A stretch of DNA of 64,000 nucleotides from Chloroflexi bacterium OLB14 (GTDB taxonomy: Bacteria > Chloroflexota > Anaerolineae > Anaerolineales > Villigracilaceae), in contig LMZR01000072.1 in NCBI GenBank assembly GCA_001567105.1, positions 25,576 to 89,575 on the forward strand, written 5' to 3'. The notes beneath the pieces are model-generated. The model saw only the letters and a program-made list of their open reading frames with translations, did no database searches and was not told the origin of the DNA. Below are positions 36,102 through 44,223 of this stretch, one piece after another. The translations under genes were made by a program, and so were the position numbers. How positions within the stretch are numbered: the first letter of the stretch is position 1; the number at the start of each line of letters is the position of its first letter.

Positions 36102-37772
36102 TTATTCATCTGACGTAATCGTTCCCGAAATATCGTTCACATAATCCACTGCATTAGCGCAAATACCAAGCAGATTTGGTGAAACATTTTCCCATGTAAG
36201 TGGCAAGCCAGATGTTCCTTGAGCTAATGTAATCGCTTCTGCTAAACAGCCACCACCTGCATTGTAATTGACTAAGGTGAATTTCCACAAATCCTCATAC
36301 GAGGCTACTTCACCAGCAGATTTGCCAGTATAGTTTTTTATTACTTGTCCTGTTTGTTCACAGTTAGCTGTTAGGCTATGAGCAAACACGCCTACAGAAA
36401 AATTAGCTTGTGATAAATCAAAACCTAATGGGCATTCTTCACAAGTTAGATTTACACTCCCTACTAATGCACGGCGTAATTCTGTTTGTAATTCTTCGTC
36501 TAAATTTGCATAACCAAGCCCACAAGTTTCTGAATCCATCACCAATGGACAAAATTGATTAAAGAAAGATGGATTCCAAAATAAAGTTGTATCTGCTCCA
36601 TTTTCTGTGAGTTGCCCCAAGCCAACATCATTGCTAGCATAAAAAATTCCAGGCCAGAACTGACTTTCACGCGCAAATAAACTTTTCAATAAACGAGCAG
36701 GCACGCTGGTTTCTTGTGCTGTTGTTAAAATTAATTCATCAAATTGATTTTGCCATTCAGTCACGGCATCTTGTGCTTTTTCCATACCACATTGATTAAC
36801 AACATTGCCATTTGCTAAACCACCATCAGTACAAGCACTGGCATCTACAACGCCTTGTAAAATTAAATTTGCGGCTAAATATGTATATGGAATGTCACTG
36901 CTTAAATCTTCGCTTTCGGTTGGGGTGCTAATCCATTCTGGTGAACCACCAACAGGTGGGAATGCTCCCCACGCTTCGGAACACGTGGCAGATTGACCTT
37001 GAAATTGTGATGACAAAATATCTACATAATAATAAAGTTGGTCTGGGTCGCCTTCATCTACAACTTGCACACGCACTTGCGCTTTGAAAACCTCACTGCT
37101 ATCTCCATAACTTGAATAAGACCAAAACTCAACAGGCACGCCTTCTTCAACAGTTTCAGGAATGCGGAATTTGCACACGTCACTTTCATCACAGGCAAAT
37201 TCTTGTCCATCGTATGTGCCTTCTACTTTAATAATGCTTTCGTTTGGCAATGGTTCTTGACCTGTAATCACTAATGTTGGTTTTGTTTCGCAAATATTTG
37301 TTGATGTGCTGAATACAGGTTCGCAATCTTCAAGTGAAATCCATGCGCTGGCGGCGGGGAGTTCTAAAGCAATTTCTTTTTCTTTATCTTCACTGCCAAT
37401 CAACAAAGCGTAATAACCTTTGCAAGTGCCAACTTCATTTAAGTTACATGGGGGTTGTGTCATCCATGTGTCGTAAATTTTTTGTCCGCAATCACGATAG
37501 ACTTCTTCAGGCAATGGCGTTTTATCATGCTCTGAAAAAATTTTGCAGACGAATTTTTTATCTTTCCAATTTTTAAGATGAAATTCGTACTGAGTATATT
37601 CAACGGCGATGATAGAAAAACGGTCGGGACCAGGCGGTAGTTGGTTTTCAGCACCCAAGTCTGAGGTCTGGCTGGAAGCGGACGTACTTCCAGACGAGAT
37701 TGCTAAATTGCATAGAGCAATCAAAATTAGGAAAAGGCGTTTAATCAAAATCCTTTTTTGCATGAGAATCAA
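36102..37772 (-). CDS. secreted Cys-rich protein with a C-terminal lytic transglycosylase (SLT) domain
   Basis: Signal peptide; ARESQFWP ... DVGLGQLTENG motifs. Confidence 0.6.
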   Translation of the reverse strand: MILMQKRILIKRLFLILIALCNLAISSGSTSASSQTSDLGAENQLPPGPDRFSIIAVEYTQYEFHLKNWKDKKFVCKIFSEHDKTPLPEEVYRDCGQKIYDTWMTQPPCNLNEVGTCKGYYALLIGSEDKEKEIALELPAASAWISLEDCEPVFSTSTNICETKPTLVITGQEPLPNESIIKVEGTYDGQEFACDESDVCKFRIPETVEEGVPVEFWSYSSYGDSSEVFKAQVRVQVVDEGDPDQLYYYVDILSSQFQGQSATCSEAWGAFPPVGGSPEWISTPTESEDLSSDIPYTYLAANLILQGVVDASACTDGGLANGNVVNQCGMEKAQDAVTEWQNQFDELILTTAQETSVPARLLKSLFARESQFWPGIFYASNDVGLGQLTENGADTTLFWNPSFFNQFCPLVMDSETCGLGYANLDEELQTELRRALVGSVNLTCEECPLGFDLSQANFSVGVFAHSLTANCEQTGQVIKNYTGKSAGEVASYEDLWKFTLVNYNAGGGCLAEAITLAQGTSGLPLTWENVSPNLLGICANAVDYVNDISGTITSDE

Positions 37773-37805
37773 AAGAGTCCGCTATATTATAACGGACTCT
37801 TACTG

Positions 37806-37893
37806 CCCTATTGCTCTTTGCGCCGTCTCGGCGCAAACTTATTTATACGCCGCCGAGGATTTATGCCCAGATTATGGGTACGGCGGCTTTAGC
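37806..37893. repeat. GC-rich double-hairpin REP element with a 21-nt insert in hairpin 2
   Basis: TGCTCTTTGCGCCGTCTCGGCGC ... CGCCGCCGAGGA[TTTATGCCCAGATTATGGGTA]CGGCGGCTTTAGC. Confidence 0.6.
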
Positions 37894-37898
37894 AAATG

Positions 37899-38042
37899 TT
37901 ATTCTAATGATTCTAAAACCTCTAGCTCGGCTTTGAGATTTTTTGCGCGGATGTATATACTGAAAACGTAAATGCCCATGATGAGAAAGGCGATGACGTA
38001 ACCTGCAATCATATATGCGGATGTATCGGGAGTGGTTTCCAT
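37899..38042 (-). CDS. ccmD: heme exporter protein D (small single-TM protein, absent from the ORF track)
   Basis: 47 aa METTPDTSAYMIAGYVIAFLIMGIYVFSIYIRAKNLKAELEVLESLE. AAGGA RBS, and position directly after ccmC. Confidence 0.6.
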   Translation of the reverse strand: METTPDTSAYMIAGYVIAFLIMGIYVFSIYIRAKNLKAELEVLESLE

Positions 38043-38126
38043 ATTTTTCCTTTTTTATTTGTACTGCAACATTTATGTTGCCTTTAACACGCAAGATGAA
38101 TCTTGCGGTACTTTGCGGAACGGTGA

Positions 38127-38825
38127 TTAACTAATTTTTTCTAATTTCAATTCTTCAACTTTTTCTTGCAAAGCACCAAGCCGAACACGATGCCAAATAA
38201 AATCTATAAATAAAATTGTGAAGGCGATTAAGGCAATGAATAATGTGTTACGCATGTCAACAGACATATCAAAGCCACCTTGTGCTTCGGCACTGGGGTT
38301 GCCAACTACAACGGGGTGAATGCTACGAAATAAACGAATGACCATAAATGTTATCGGTGCGGAAAGCCCACCAAGAATTGTATAAATGGCACCAAAACGA
38401 GCGCGCTTTTCGGGATCTTCAATACCTGCACGGAGCATGAAATAAGCAATGAAAATTAATTCAGTGATAGCGGCTGTCGTTAATCTGACATCCCATGTCC
38501 ACCATGTGTTCCAAGCAGGGCGCGCCCAAACGGAGCCGAGAATAATGGTGATGATGAAAAACATACAACTGACTTCTACTGCGGCGAAACCGAAGCGATC
38601 CCAAATCATTTTTTTGTTGATGAGATACAGGATGCCTGCAATTGAAGCAATGATGAAACCTAGCAATGCTACCCAACCTGTGCCAACGTGAAAATAAAAT
38701 ACACGTTGTACTTCGCCCATCACCAATTCAGTAGGGGCGATGAATAAGGCTGAATAAGTGGCGTAGCCAATAACAATAATTGAGAGGACATCTAATATAG
38801 TGAGTAGAGTTGGTTTTTGTTGCAT
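38127..38825 (-). CDS. ccmC: heme exporter protein C
   Basis: W-rich WWD motif NTWWTWDVRLT with flanking His residues. Confidence 0.88.
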   Translation of the reverse strand: MQQKPTLLTILDVLSIIVIGYATYSALFIAPTELVMGEVQRVFYFHVGTGWVALLGFIIASIAGILYLINKKMIWDRFGFAAVEVSCMFFIITIILGSVWARPAWNTWWTWDVRLTTAAITELIFIAYFMLRAGIEDPEKRARFGAIYTILGGLSAPITFMVIRLFRSIHPVVVGNPSAEAQGGFDMSVDMRNTLFIALIAFTILFIDFIWHRVRLGALQEKVEELKLEKIS

Positions 38826-38947
38826 GAAAATCCTTTTGGTAACTGCGTAATTAGTAATTGATAATTTAACTTGTTTGGTATAGTGTCAGATGAGAATGAG
38901 GTAATTATTTTTTTAGAATTTGTAGGTTTTTATTTTTTGTAATAAAA

Positions 38948-39017
38948 ACCTTTGTCACGAATTATGCGGATTTCGCTGATTTTTTAACAGTTGACGTCAA
39001 TTAGCGAAATTAGCGAC
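38948..39017. repeat. interspersed element CACGAATTATGCGGATTTCGCTGATT ... ATTAGCGAAATTAGCG
   Basis: Same module as inside 8443-8665 and 51091-51246. Confidence 0.55.
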
Positions 39018-39031
39018 TGTTCTTTTGTTTT

Positions 39032-39712
39032 CTACTCTTCTACAATAAAATCAAAGAACATGAAAGAAACGGCGATAAAAATCACATCGTAAACAATTAA
39101 CAAATTTAATGGTGACATAATTTGTGGCAATGTCATGTCGTTGATAATGGCTCCACTGGCTAAGACAGATGCAATCAAAACAGGCACAACGACTGGAAAT
39201 AATAAAATGGGCAATAAAATTTCTCTTGTGCGAGTTTGAATTGTCATAGCAGATAACAATGTGCCGACTGCAATATATCCAATGGAACCAAGCAACAGCA
39301 CAGCAATAAATTCCCATTGGAAGATGCGCGTTTCATTATAAAAGAAAGCATACAGCGGAAGTACAATGGCTTCGACAATTAACATAAAGGCTAAATTGCT
39401 GATGGCTTTACCAAAAAAAATTGCTGACCGATCTACTGGCGCAAGCAAGAGACCATCCATACAGCCTCTATCTTTTTCCACAGCCATTGACCTGTTAAGC
39501 CCCAGTGTGCCTGCAAATGCAAATGTTGTCCACAACACGCCAGCAGTAACAGTTTGACGCACATCGGGATTCAAATCTAAGGCGAAGTTGAAAATCAAAA
39601 TCACTAGCACAGAAAAACTCAACATGGCTGTTAGTAATTCGCGTGAACGAAATTCAGCGGCTAAGTCTTTGTGGATGATGGCGAGGGTGGCTTTGAGGAA
39701 GGAAGGGTTCAT
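39032..39712 (-). CDS. ccmB: heme exporter protein B
   Basis: 226 aa, 6 TM helices; position between ccmA and ccmC. Confidence 0.85.
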   Translation of the reverse strand: MNPSFLKATLAIIHKDLAAEFRSRELLTAMLSFSVLVILIFNFALDLNPDVRQTVTAGVLWTTFAFAGTLGLNRSMAVEKDRGCMDGLLLAPVDRSAIFFGKAISNLAFMLIVEAIVLPLYAFFYNETRIFQWEFIAVLLLGSIGYIAVGTLLSAMTIQTRTREILLPILLFPVVVPVLIASVLASGAIINDMTLPQIMSPLNLLIVYDVIFIAVSFMFFDFIVEE

Positions 39713-39789
39713 GGTGATTGGTAAATGGTAATTGGTAATTCGTGATGCGTGATACGTAATGCGTAATTCGTAACTTGTAACGCTTAACT
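39713..39789. repeat. 11-unit heptamer tandem array (GGTAATT to CGTGATG to CGTAATG)
   Basis: GGTGATT GGTAAAT GGTAATT GGTAATT CGTGATG CGTGATA CGTAATG CGTAATT CGTAACT TGTAACG CTTAACT. Confidence 0.9.
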
Positions 39790-40482
39790 TTCTAGTGCTT
39801 GTTTATAAAAATCTAAAACATTATTTTGTCTCAAATCATTTTTATTGATTGAAGCAGTAATCATTCCACGCGATAAAACATCGAAGCGAGTGGCTAAACT
39901 TTCAGCACGGATTAAGTCATGGGAGGTCATCACAACTGTCCGCCCGTGTGAAGCGATTGAACGAAGCAAATCATCAAGCATAGATGAAGCATCTTGGTCT
40001 AAGCCTGTGTAGGGTTCATCAAATAAAATAATTTCGGGCTGATGCAAAATAGCACGTCCAATTGAAAGCCGTTGTTGCATACCACGTGAAAAGGTGCGGA
40101 CTAAATCTTTGCGGCGAGGTTCAAGACCAATTAATTGAAGAACATCCGTAATGCGTGATGCGTAATGCGTAAGCCCATACATGCGGGCATAGAATTGTAA
40201 ATTTTCTTCGGCAGTTAAATCTGGATACAACAATGGCAAATGTGACACTACACCTAACTTAGCACGCACTTTAGCAGATTCATTTGGTAACGAATGCCCT
40301 GCCACTTTTACAGTCCCATACGATGGTTTTGATAGCGAAGATAAGATGCGTAGAAAAGTTGTTTTGCCTGCCCCATTTGGACCTAGCAATGCTACAAATT
40401 CTCCGCGAGCAACTTGAAAATCCAAATTGCGCAGGATTGTTTTTAATCCAAAACGTTTGGTGAGTTTGGTGACTGAGATCAT
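39784..40482 (-). CDS. ccmA: heme ABC exporter ATP-binding protein
   Basis: Walker A GPNGAGKTT, signature SRGMQQRL, Walker B ILFDEP. Start re-called to MISVTKL because the upstream 33 codons run through repeats. Confidence 0.88.
   Translation of the reverse strand: MISVTKLTKRFGLKTILRNLDFQVARGEFVALLGPNGAGKTTFLRILSSLSKPSYGTVKVAGHSLPNESAKVRAKLGVVSHLPLLYPDLTAEENLQFYARMYGLTHYASRITDVLQLIGLEPRRKDLVRTFSRGMQQRLSIGRAILHQPEIILFDEPYTGLDQDASSMLDDLLRSIASHGRTVVMTSHDLIRAESLATRFDVLSRGMITASINKNDLRQNNVLDFYKQALES
40147..40174. repeat. 4-unit heptamer array inside ccmA
   Basis: CGTAATG CGTGATG CGTAATG CGTAAGC; encodes THYASRITD. Confidence 0.8.
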
Positions 40483-40524
40483 GGTAAATGGTAAGTGGTA
40501 ATTCGTAATTCGTGATGCGTGGTC
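40483..40524. repeat. 6-unit heptamer array upstream of ccmA
   Basis: GGTAAAT GGTAAGT GGTAATT CGTAATT CGTGATG CGTGGTC. Confidence 0.85.
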
Positions 40525-40565
40525 TCGATATGCCGCAAAAACAAAAGCGCGGCTACTCGACCACC
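40521..40565. repeat. REP-like element GGTCTCGATATGCC...GGCTACTCGACC
   Basis: Same family as 7239-7284 and 25521-25563. Confidence 0.6.
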
Positions 40566-40570
40566 ATATT

Positions 40571-42334
40571 TCACGATTCACGTTTCAACTTATTCTTCAA
40601 CTCATTTCGTCTTGCATGATAGGCTTCGTCTGAAATCTTTTTATCTTTATGCAAATCATCTAAAGCGATGATGGCATCTAGTGTAGAGTCATTACCATCA
40701 TCTTCATAATCAATTTCAACCTTGCTTCTATCTTTTAGATACATCCAAATTCCCACACAGATCAATACTACACCTAACGTGCCAATTCCTAATAACACAT
40801 TTTGATTTTCCAATAAATTAGTATTTTCAGTTGTACCTTTTGGTGTGCCCGAAATTGTAAACTCTAAGTAACCGCCTTTAGGGGTTTTTCCAGCCGAATA
40901 AATTTGAAAATTTGTATCTTGAAATGCTTGAACACCCTCATCAACTAACACATCCCCTTTAGCAGTGACGCCTTCAGGTAGTAGCACCGTTGCTTGGCTA
41001 ATATCTAAAACTGCGGGCATTGAAAATTGAATTCGTTTGGTACGTGGAATAGAGGCAAAAGCAATTAACCCATAAGGTGTTTCACTTGGTGGAATTGCAA
41101 ATCCATTTTCACTTGGAATAAAAATAGCACTATCTTGAGCGGCTTCATAGCCTAATCCGCTAGCACCACTGGGAAAAGATATAAAAGGTACTGTTTCATT
41201 TTCTAAATTAATCAGTATCGTTTTATCTGTTCTATTTGTAAATGTGTACACTGAAAAAAGCTGAACTTCCGTTTGGCTGGTCAAGTCAAAAAATATTTCT
41301 ACCGAATCAATTTGTAAGGTACTGAAATTATCTGTTGTTTCGTATACAACTAATGTAGGAATATTTAATTTATTTGTATCAGCAGGCACCACCGCCACCT
41401 GGCTTTGATAATTCAAGCCATCTAACGTGAATTGAATTAAATAAATTTGACCTTCGCTTAATTCATGAGTGAAACTATAAGTGCCATCTGTATTTAATGG
41501 CTTTGTTTCATTAACAAATTCGTCAGTACCAGCATTTGGGTCAGAGCTATGTTGAAAACCACGTAGTGTGATTTGTAAATCAGTTGGGAATGATTCATTA
41601 CTACGATTTTCGATTTGCCCCGTGATGTTTCCCGCTTCCGCACTAGCTTCAGCTTGGTCACTCACTTCAAGCGTAGATTCGGCTGATGGAGTTGAATCAA
41701 CTATCGGCGCGGATTCTGAAGCGAAGGTGAGGGTGCGGATATAACTCGCCGTGGCTGATAATTCTTCATCGCTGAAATTTTTTCCAAACGAATCTTTAAT
41801 CTGCTTGATTAATTCAACATTTGAAATAGCAGACATGTTTTCGAGATTCGTAAATTGCGAATCACAATTTGCACAATTTGATTCAAAAAGATTTTTACCG
41901 AGTTCAATTTGTTCGGGCGTGGTGTGCAAGGTGAAAGCATAAGTGATGACATCCCATTTTTCTTGCTCGCTTAAACTTGCAAACGGTGGCATGAAATTAT
42001 CAATATTACCTTGCGTGACGATGCTATACCATTTTGCAGGCGAGGCTTGGTTTGCAACTTCGGGCAAACCAATTGGCTTTACTGTAACAGGAAGTTGTTT
42101 GCCTTGTTCACCATCACCCAAACCAGAATCGCCATGACAGGGTGCGCATTTTTCTTGAAAAATTATTTTTCCATTTTCAATGTTTGGTTTATTGCTTGGA
42201 TACACCGCACCTATTGTTGGCACAGCAGTTGGGGCGACATAATTTGCAGGTGGTGTGACATCGCGTGCAAGCGTCATGTTACATGCTGAAAGTGCAAGTG
42301 TAATGATTGATAAAAAAATAAATTTTTGTTTCAT
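40571..42334 (-). CDS. c-type cytochrome lipoprotein with a large extracytoplasmic domain and a C-terminal TM anchor
   Basis: Lipobox LSAC. CAPCH heme site (42134-42148). A second cytochrome-like start, GKNLFESNCANCD, has Asp in place of His (41861-41875). Start re-called to MKQKF. Confidence 0.75.
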   Translation of the reverse strand: MKQKFIFLSIITLALSACNMTLARDVTPPANYVAPTAVPTIGAVYPSNKPNIENGKIIFQEKCAPCHGDSGLGDGEQGKQLPVTVKPIGLPEVANQASPAKWYSIVTQGNIDNFMPPFASLSEQEKWDVITYAFTLHTTPEQIELGKNLFESNCANCDSQFTNLENMSAISNVELIKQIKDSFGKNFSDEELSATASYIRTLTFASESAPIVDSTPSAESTLEVSDQAEASAEAGNITGQIENRSNESFPTDLQITLRGFQHSSDPNAGTDEFVNETKPLNTDGTYSFTHELSEGQIYLIQFTLDGLNYQSQVAVVPADTNKLNIPTLVVYETTDNFSTLQIDSVEIFFDLTSQTEVQLFSVYTFTNRTDKTILINLENETVPFISFPSGASGLGYEAAQDSAIFIPSENGFAIPPSETPYGLIAFASIPRTKRIQFSMPAVLDISQATVLLPEGVTAKGDVLVDEGVQAFQDTNFQIYSAGKTPKGGYLEFTISGTPKGTTENTNLLENQNVLLGIGTLGVVLICVGIWMYLKDRSKVEIDYEDDGNDSTLDAIIALDDLHKDKKISDEAYHARRNELKNKLKRES

Positions 42335-42345
42335 AAAATCCTTAA

Positions 42346-42410
42346 CGTGATTCGTAATGCGTAATGCGTGATTCGTAAAATGCTCTTTACGCATCACGTA
42401 TTACGCATTA
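42346..42410. repeat. inverted heptamer arrays forming a long hairpin
   Basis: CGTGATT CGTAATG CGTAATG CGTGATT CGTAAAA ... TTACGCA TCACGTA TTACGCA. Confidence 0.85.
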
Positions 42411-42857
42411 TTTTAAGTTTGCTCCACAGGCTGGGCAAAACTTATCTGTTACCAAAACAGGCTTGCCGCACTTGGGGCAAAAACCAGCAGATTTACTTTT
42501 AATTTCTTTGCGCCGTGCCTTAATCATCATTTCAATTTTTTCATCATCTATTTCAGATTTGCTAATAGGGGGCATGTTAACATTCACTTCATCTAACTTA
42601 CGTAAAATATCTGCACCTTTTTGCAATAGATTGGCGCGTTGTTCAGGGTAATCTTCTGCTGGTACTTTACCAAGTTTGAAATCAAAATCTAACTCTTGCA
42701 AAGAATTAATCACACGTTCACGCTCTGCTTGTAATGCTGAACTTTCATGTGATTCTTTAATATCAACAGATTGCACACGCTCTGCAAGTGGTGCATATAA
42801 GTAAATGCCCACAGCAATTAATACAGCCAAAATGAGAAAGATAGACCCTAATTCCAT
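42408..42857 (-). CDS. single-TM protein with a C-terminal zinc ribbon (possible CcmI-like accessory factor)
   Basis: N-terminal TM helix, LQELDFDFKLGKVPAEDY helix, CPKCG ... CPACG. Confidence 0.45.
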   Translation of the reverse strand: MELGSIFLILAVLIAVGIYLYAPLAERVQSVDIKESHESSALQAERERVINSLQELDFDFKLGKVPAEDYPEQRANLLQKGADILRKLDEVNVNMPPISKSEIDDEKIEMMIKARRKEIKSKSAGFCPKCGKPVLVTDKFCPACGANLK

Positions 42858-42945
42858 GCGTTACCTTTGTTAGCCACAATATACAAAGCTACCTGAGATA
42901 TTTATAGCTTTTCTCAATACGCTCTGCGCTTTTTGTGACTTAAAA

Positions 42946-43503
42946 TTATTTTAATTTCTGTTCAATAATATTTTTTATTTCATCCAACGAAATAAACGGT
43001 CCAACCTTTACATAATACACCACGCCTTGTTGGTCAATGAAATATGTTTCAGGCACACCTGTAATACGAAACATTTGTGAAATTTTCGTACCCATATCAG
43101 GTCCATTAGGATATGTGATTTGAAATTTTTTCAAATACGTTCTGGCTTCGGGTTCAGTATCCACATAATCTGCGCCAAGAAAAATCACATCACCATTATA
43201 AAATGCATAGGCTTCTTGCAATTCACTGGCTTCTTGTTCACAAGGTTTGCACCACGATGCCCAAAAATTTAACACTACAATTTTTCCAGAAAAATCTGAA
43301 AATTGGATTTCGTTTTTTCCTTCAAATTCATAGCCATTAAATAACGTCATCGAAAAATCTGGAACAGCATCCCCAGTTTTTAAAGCACCTTGTTGCCGTT
43401 TACTTAAAATACTTGCAACTAAAACTAACAAACCTGCCAAGCATACCCAAACTATAATTTGAATCCACAACGGCACACTTTTTTTTTGATTCAATTCCGA
43501 CAT
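42946..43503 (-). CDS. ccmG: thiol:disulfide oxidoreductase, CcmG/DsbE/ResA-like
   Basis: TM anchor and thioredoxin fold WASWCKPCEQE. Confidence 0.85.
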   Translation of the reverse strand: MSELNQKKSVPLWIQIIVWVCLAGLLVLVASILSKRQQGALKTGDAVPDFSMTLFNGYEFEGKNEIQFSDFSGKIVVLNFWASWCKPCEQEASELQEAYAFYNGDVIFLGADYVDTEPEARTYLKKFQITYPNGPDMGTKISQMFRITGVPETYFIDQQGVVYYVKVGPFISLDEIKNIIEQKLK

Positions 43504-43542
43504 TACGATTCATTCCTCTTTTTCAATTCTTCTTCCATACGT

Positions 43543-44025
43543 TTAATATATTCTGATGAAACTCCGCTTCTTATCTCGCTTGTAGTTGATTCTGTTTTCT
43601 GCGGCTTTGTCCATACCTGAAAATTTTTGAAGAGCCAAAATTGCTGCTAATAAAATAATGGCAGGCGGCAAAATATAGACTAACCAATTCAAACCAGTAC
43701 GCGGAGGTTCCGCCAAAACACGATCGCCATAGTTGTCTACAAAATATTGTTTAATTTCTTCTTCCGTCATACCTTGCGCCAATTGTGTGCGAATCAATTC
43801 TCGCCATTGATGACAAGCCTGTGTAGGGCAGGTATCTAACGGGCGATTTTCACACACAGGGCAATATAACTGACTAGCCACTTCATTCACTTCATCATCC
43901 GTAGGGGTATCTTCTTGCGCGTAGGCAAATTGAAACGAGATAGCGGTAAATAAAATGGTTAAAAGTAATGCGTAATGTGCGATGCGTAATAAATGATGCG
44001 TGATGCGTGATGCGTAATTTTTCAT
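43543..44025 (-). CDS. ccmH: cytochrome c-type biogenesis protein CcmH
   Basis: LYCPVCENRPL ... YGDRVLAEPP aligns with the CcmH LRCxxC ... YGDFV..PP region; C-terminal TM helix. Confidence 0.8.
   Translation of the reverse strand: MKNYASRITHHLLRIAHYALLLTILFTAISFQFAYAQEDTPTDDEVNEVASQLYCPVCENRPLDTCPTQACHQWRELIRTQLAQGMTEEEIKQYFVDNYGDRVLAEPPRTGLNWLVYILPPAIILLAAILALQKFSGMDKAAENRINYKRDKKRSFIRIY
43964..44019. repeat. 8-unit heptamer array inside the ccmH 5' end
   Basis: AGTAATG CGTAATG TGCGATG CGTAATA AATGATG CGTGATG CGTGATG CGTAATT; encodes NYASRITHHLLRIAHYAL. Confidence 0.85.
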
Positions 44026-44223
44026 TTCTATATTCCGTTTGAACTCTGTAAGGGTGTGATGATTATAGATGGTAGATTGTTAATTTCCAAATCCCGTAGG
44101 GATGATATAGCTTTGAAAACCTGTGACACCCATTTCGACAGGCTCAATGCAACGCCTACGGGGTTTATCAGCGAATCTTTTTTATCTATAATCCTTTCAC
44201 TCCTTCGGAGTTGTATGCTGTAA

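Noticed and set aside
37861-38094. 77-aa minus-strand ORF after ccmC
   Set aside because: It is a basic, low-complexity translation overlapping a REP element. A 47-aa single-TM ORF in another frame (37899-38042) fits CcmD much better.
39713-39789. Heptamer arrays as CRISPR arrays
   Set aside because: The units are 7 nt and directly abutting, with no spacers, and there are no cas genes in the window.
40483-40581. N-terminal 33-aa extension of ccmA, and 21-aa extension of the cytochrome c gene at 42335-42397
   Set aside because: The extensions are translations of heptamer and REP repeats. Downstream Met codons give a normal ABC N-terminus and a normal lipoprotein signal peptide.
41861-41875. 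CANCD as a sequencing error of CANCH
   Set aside because: The change is a G/C substitution and is not in a homopolymer, unlike every other defect seen here. It is kept as a probably genuine decayed heme site but not claimed as functional novelty.
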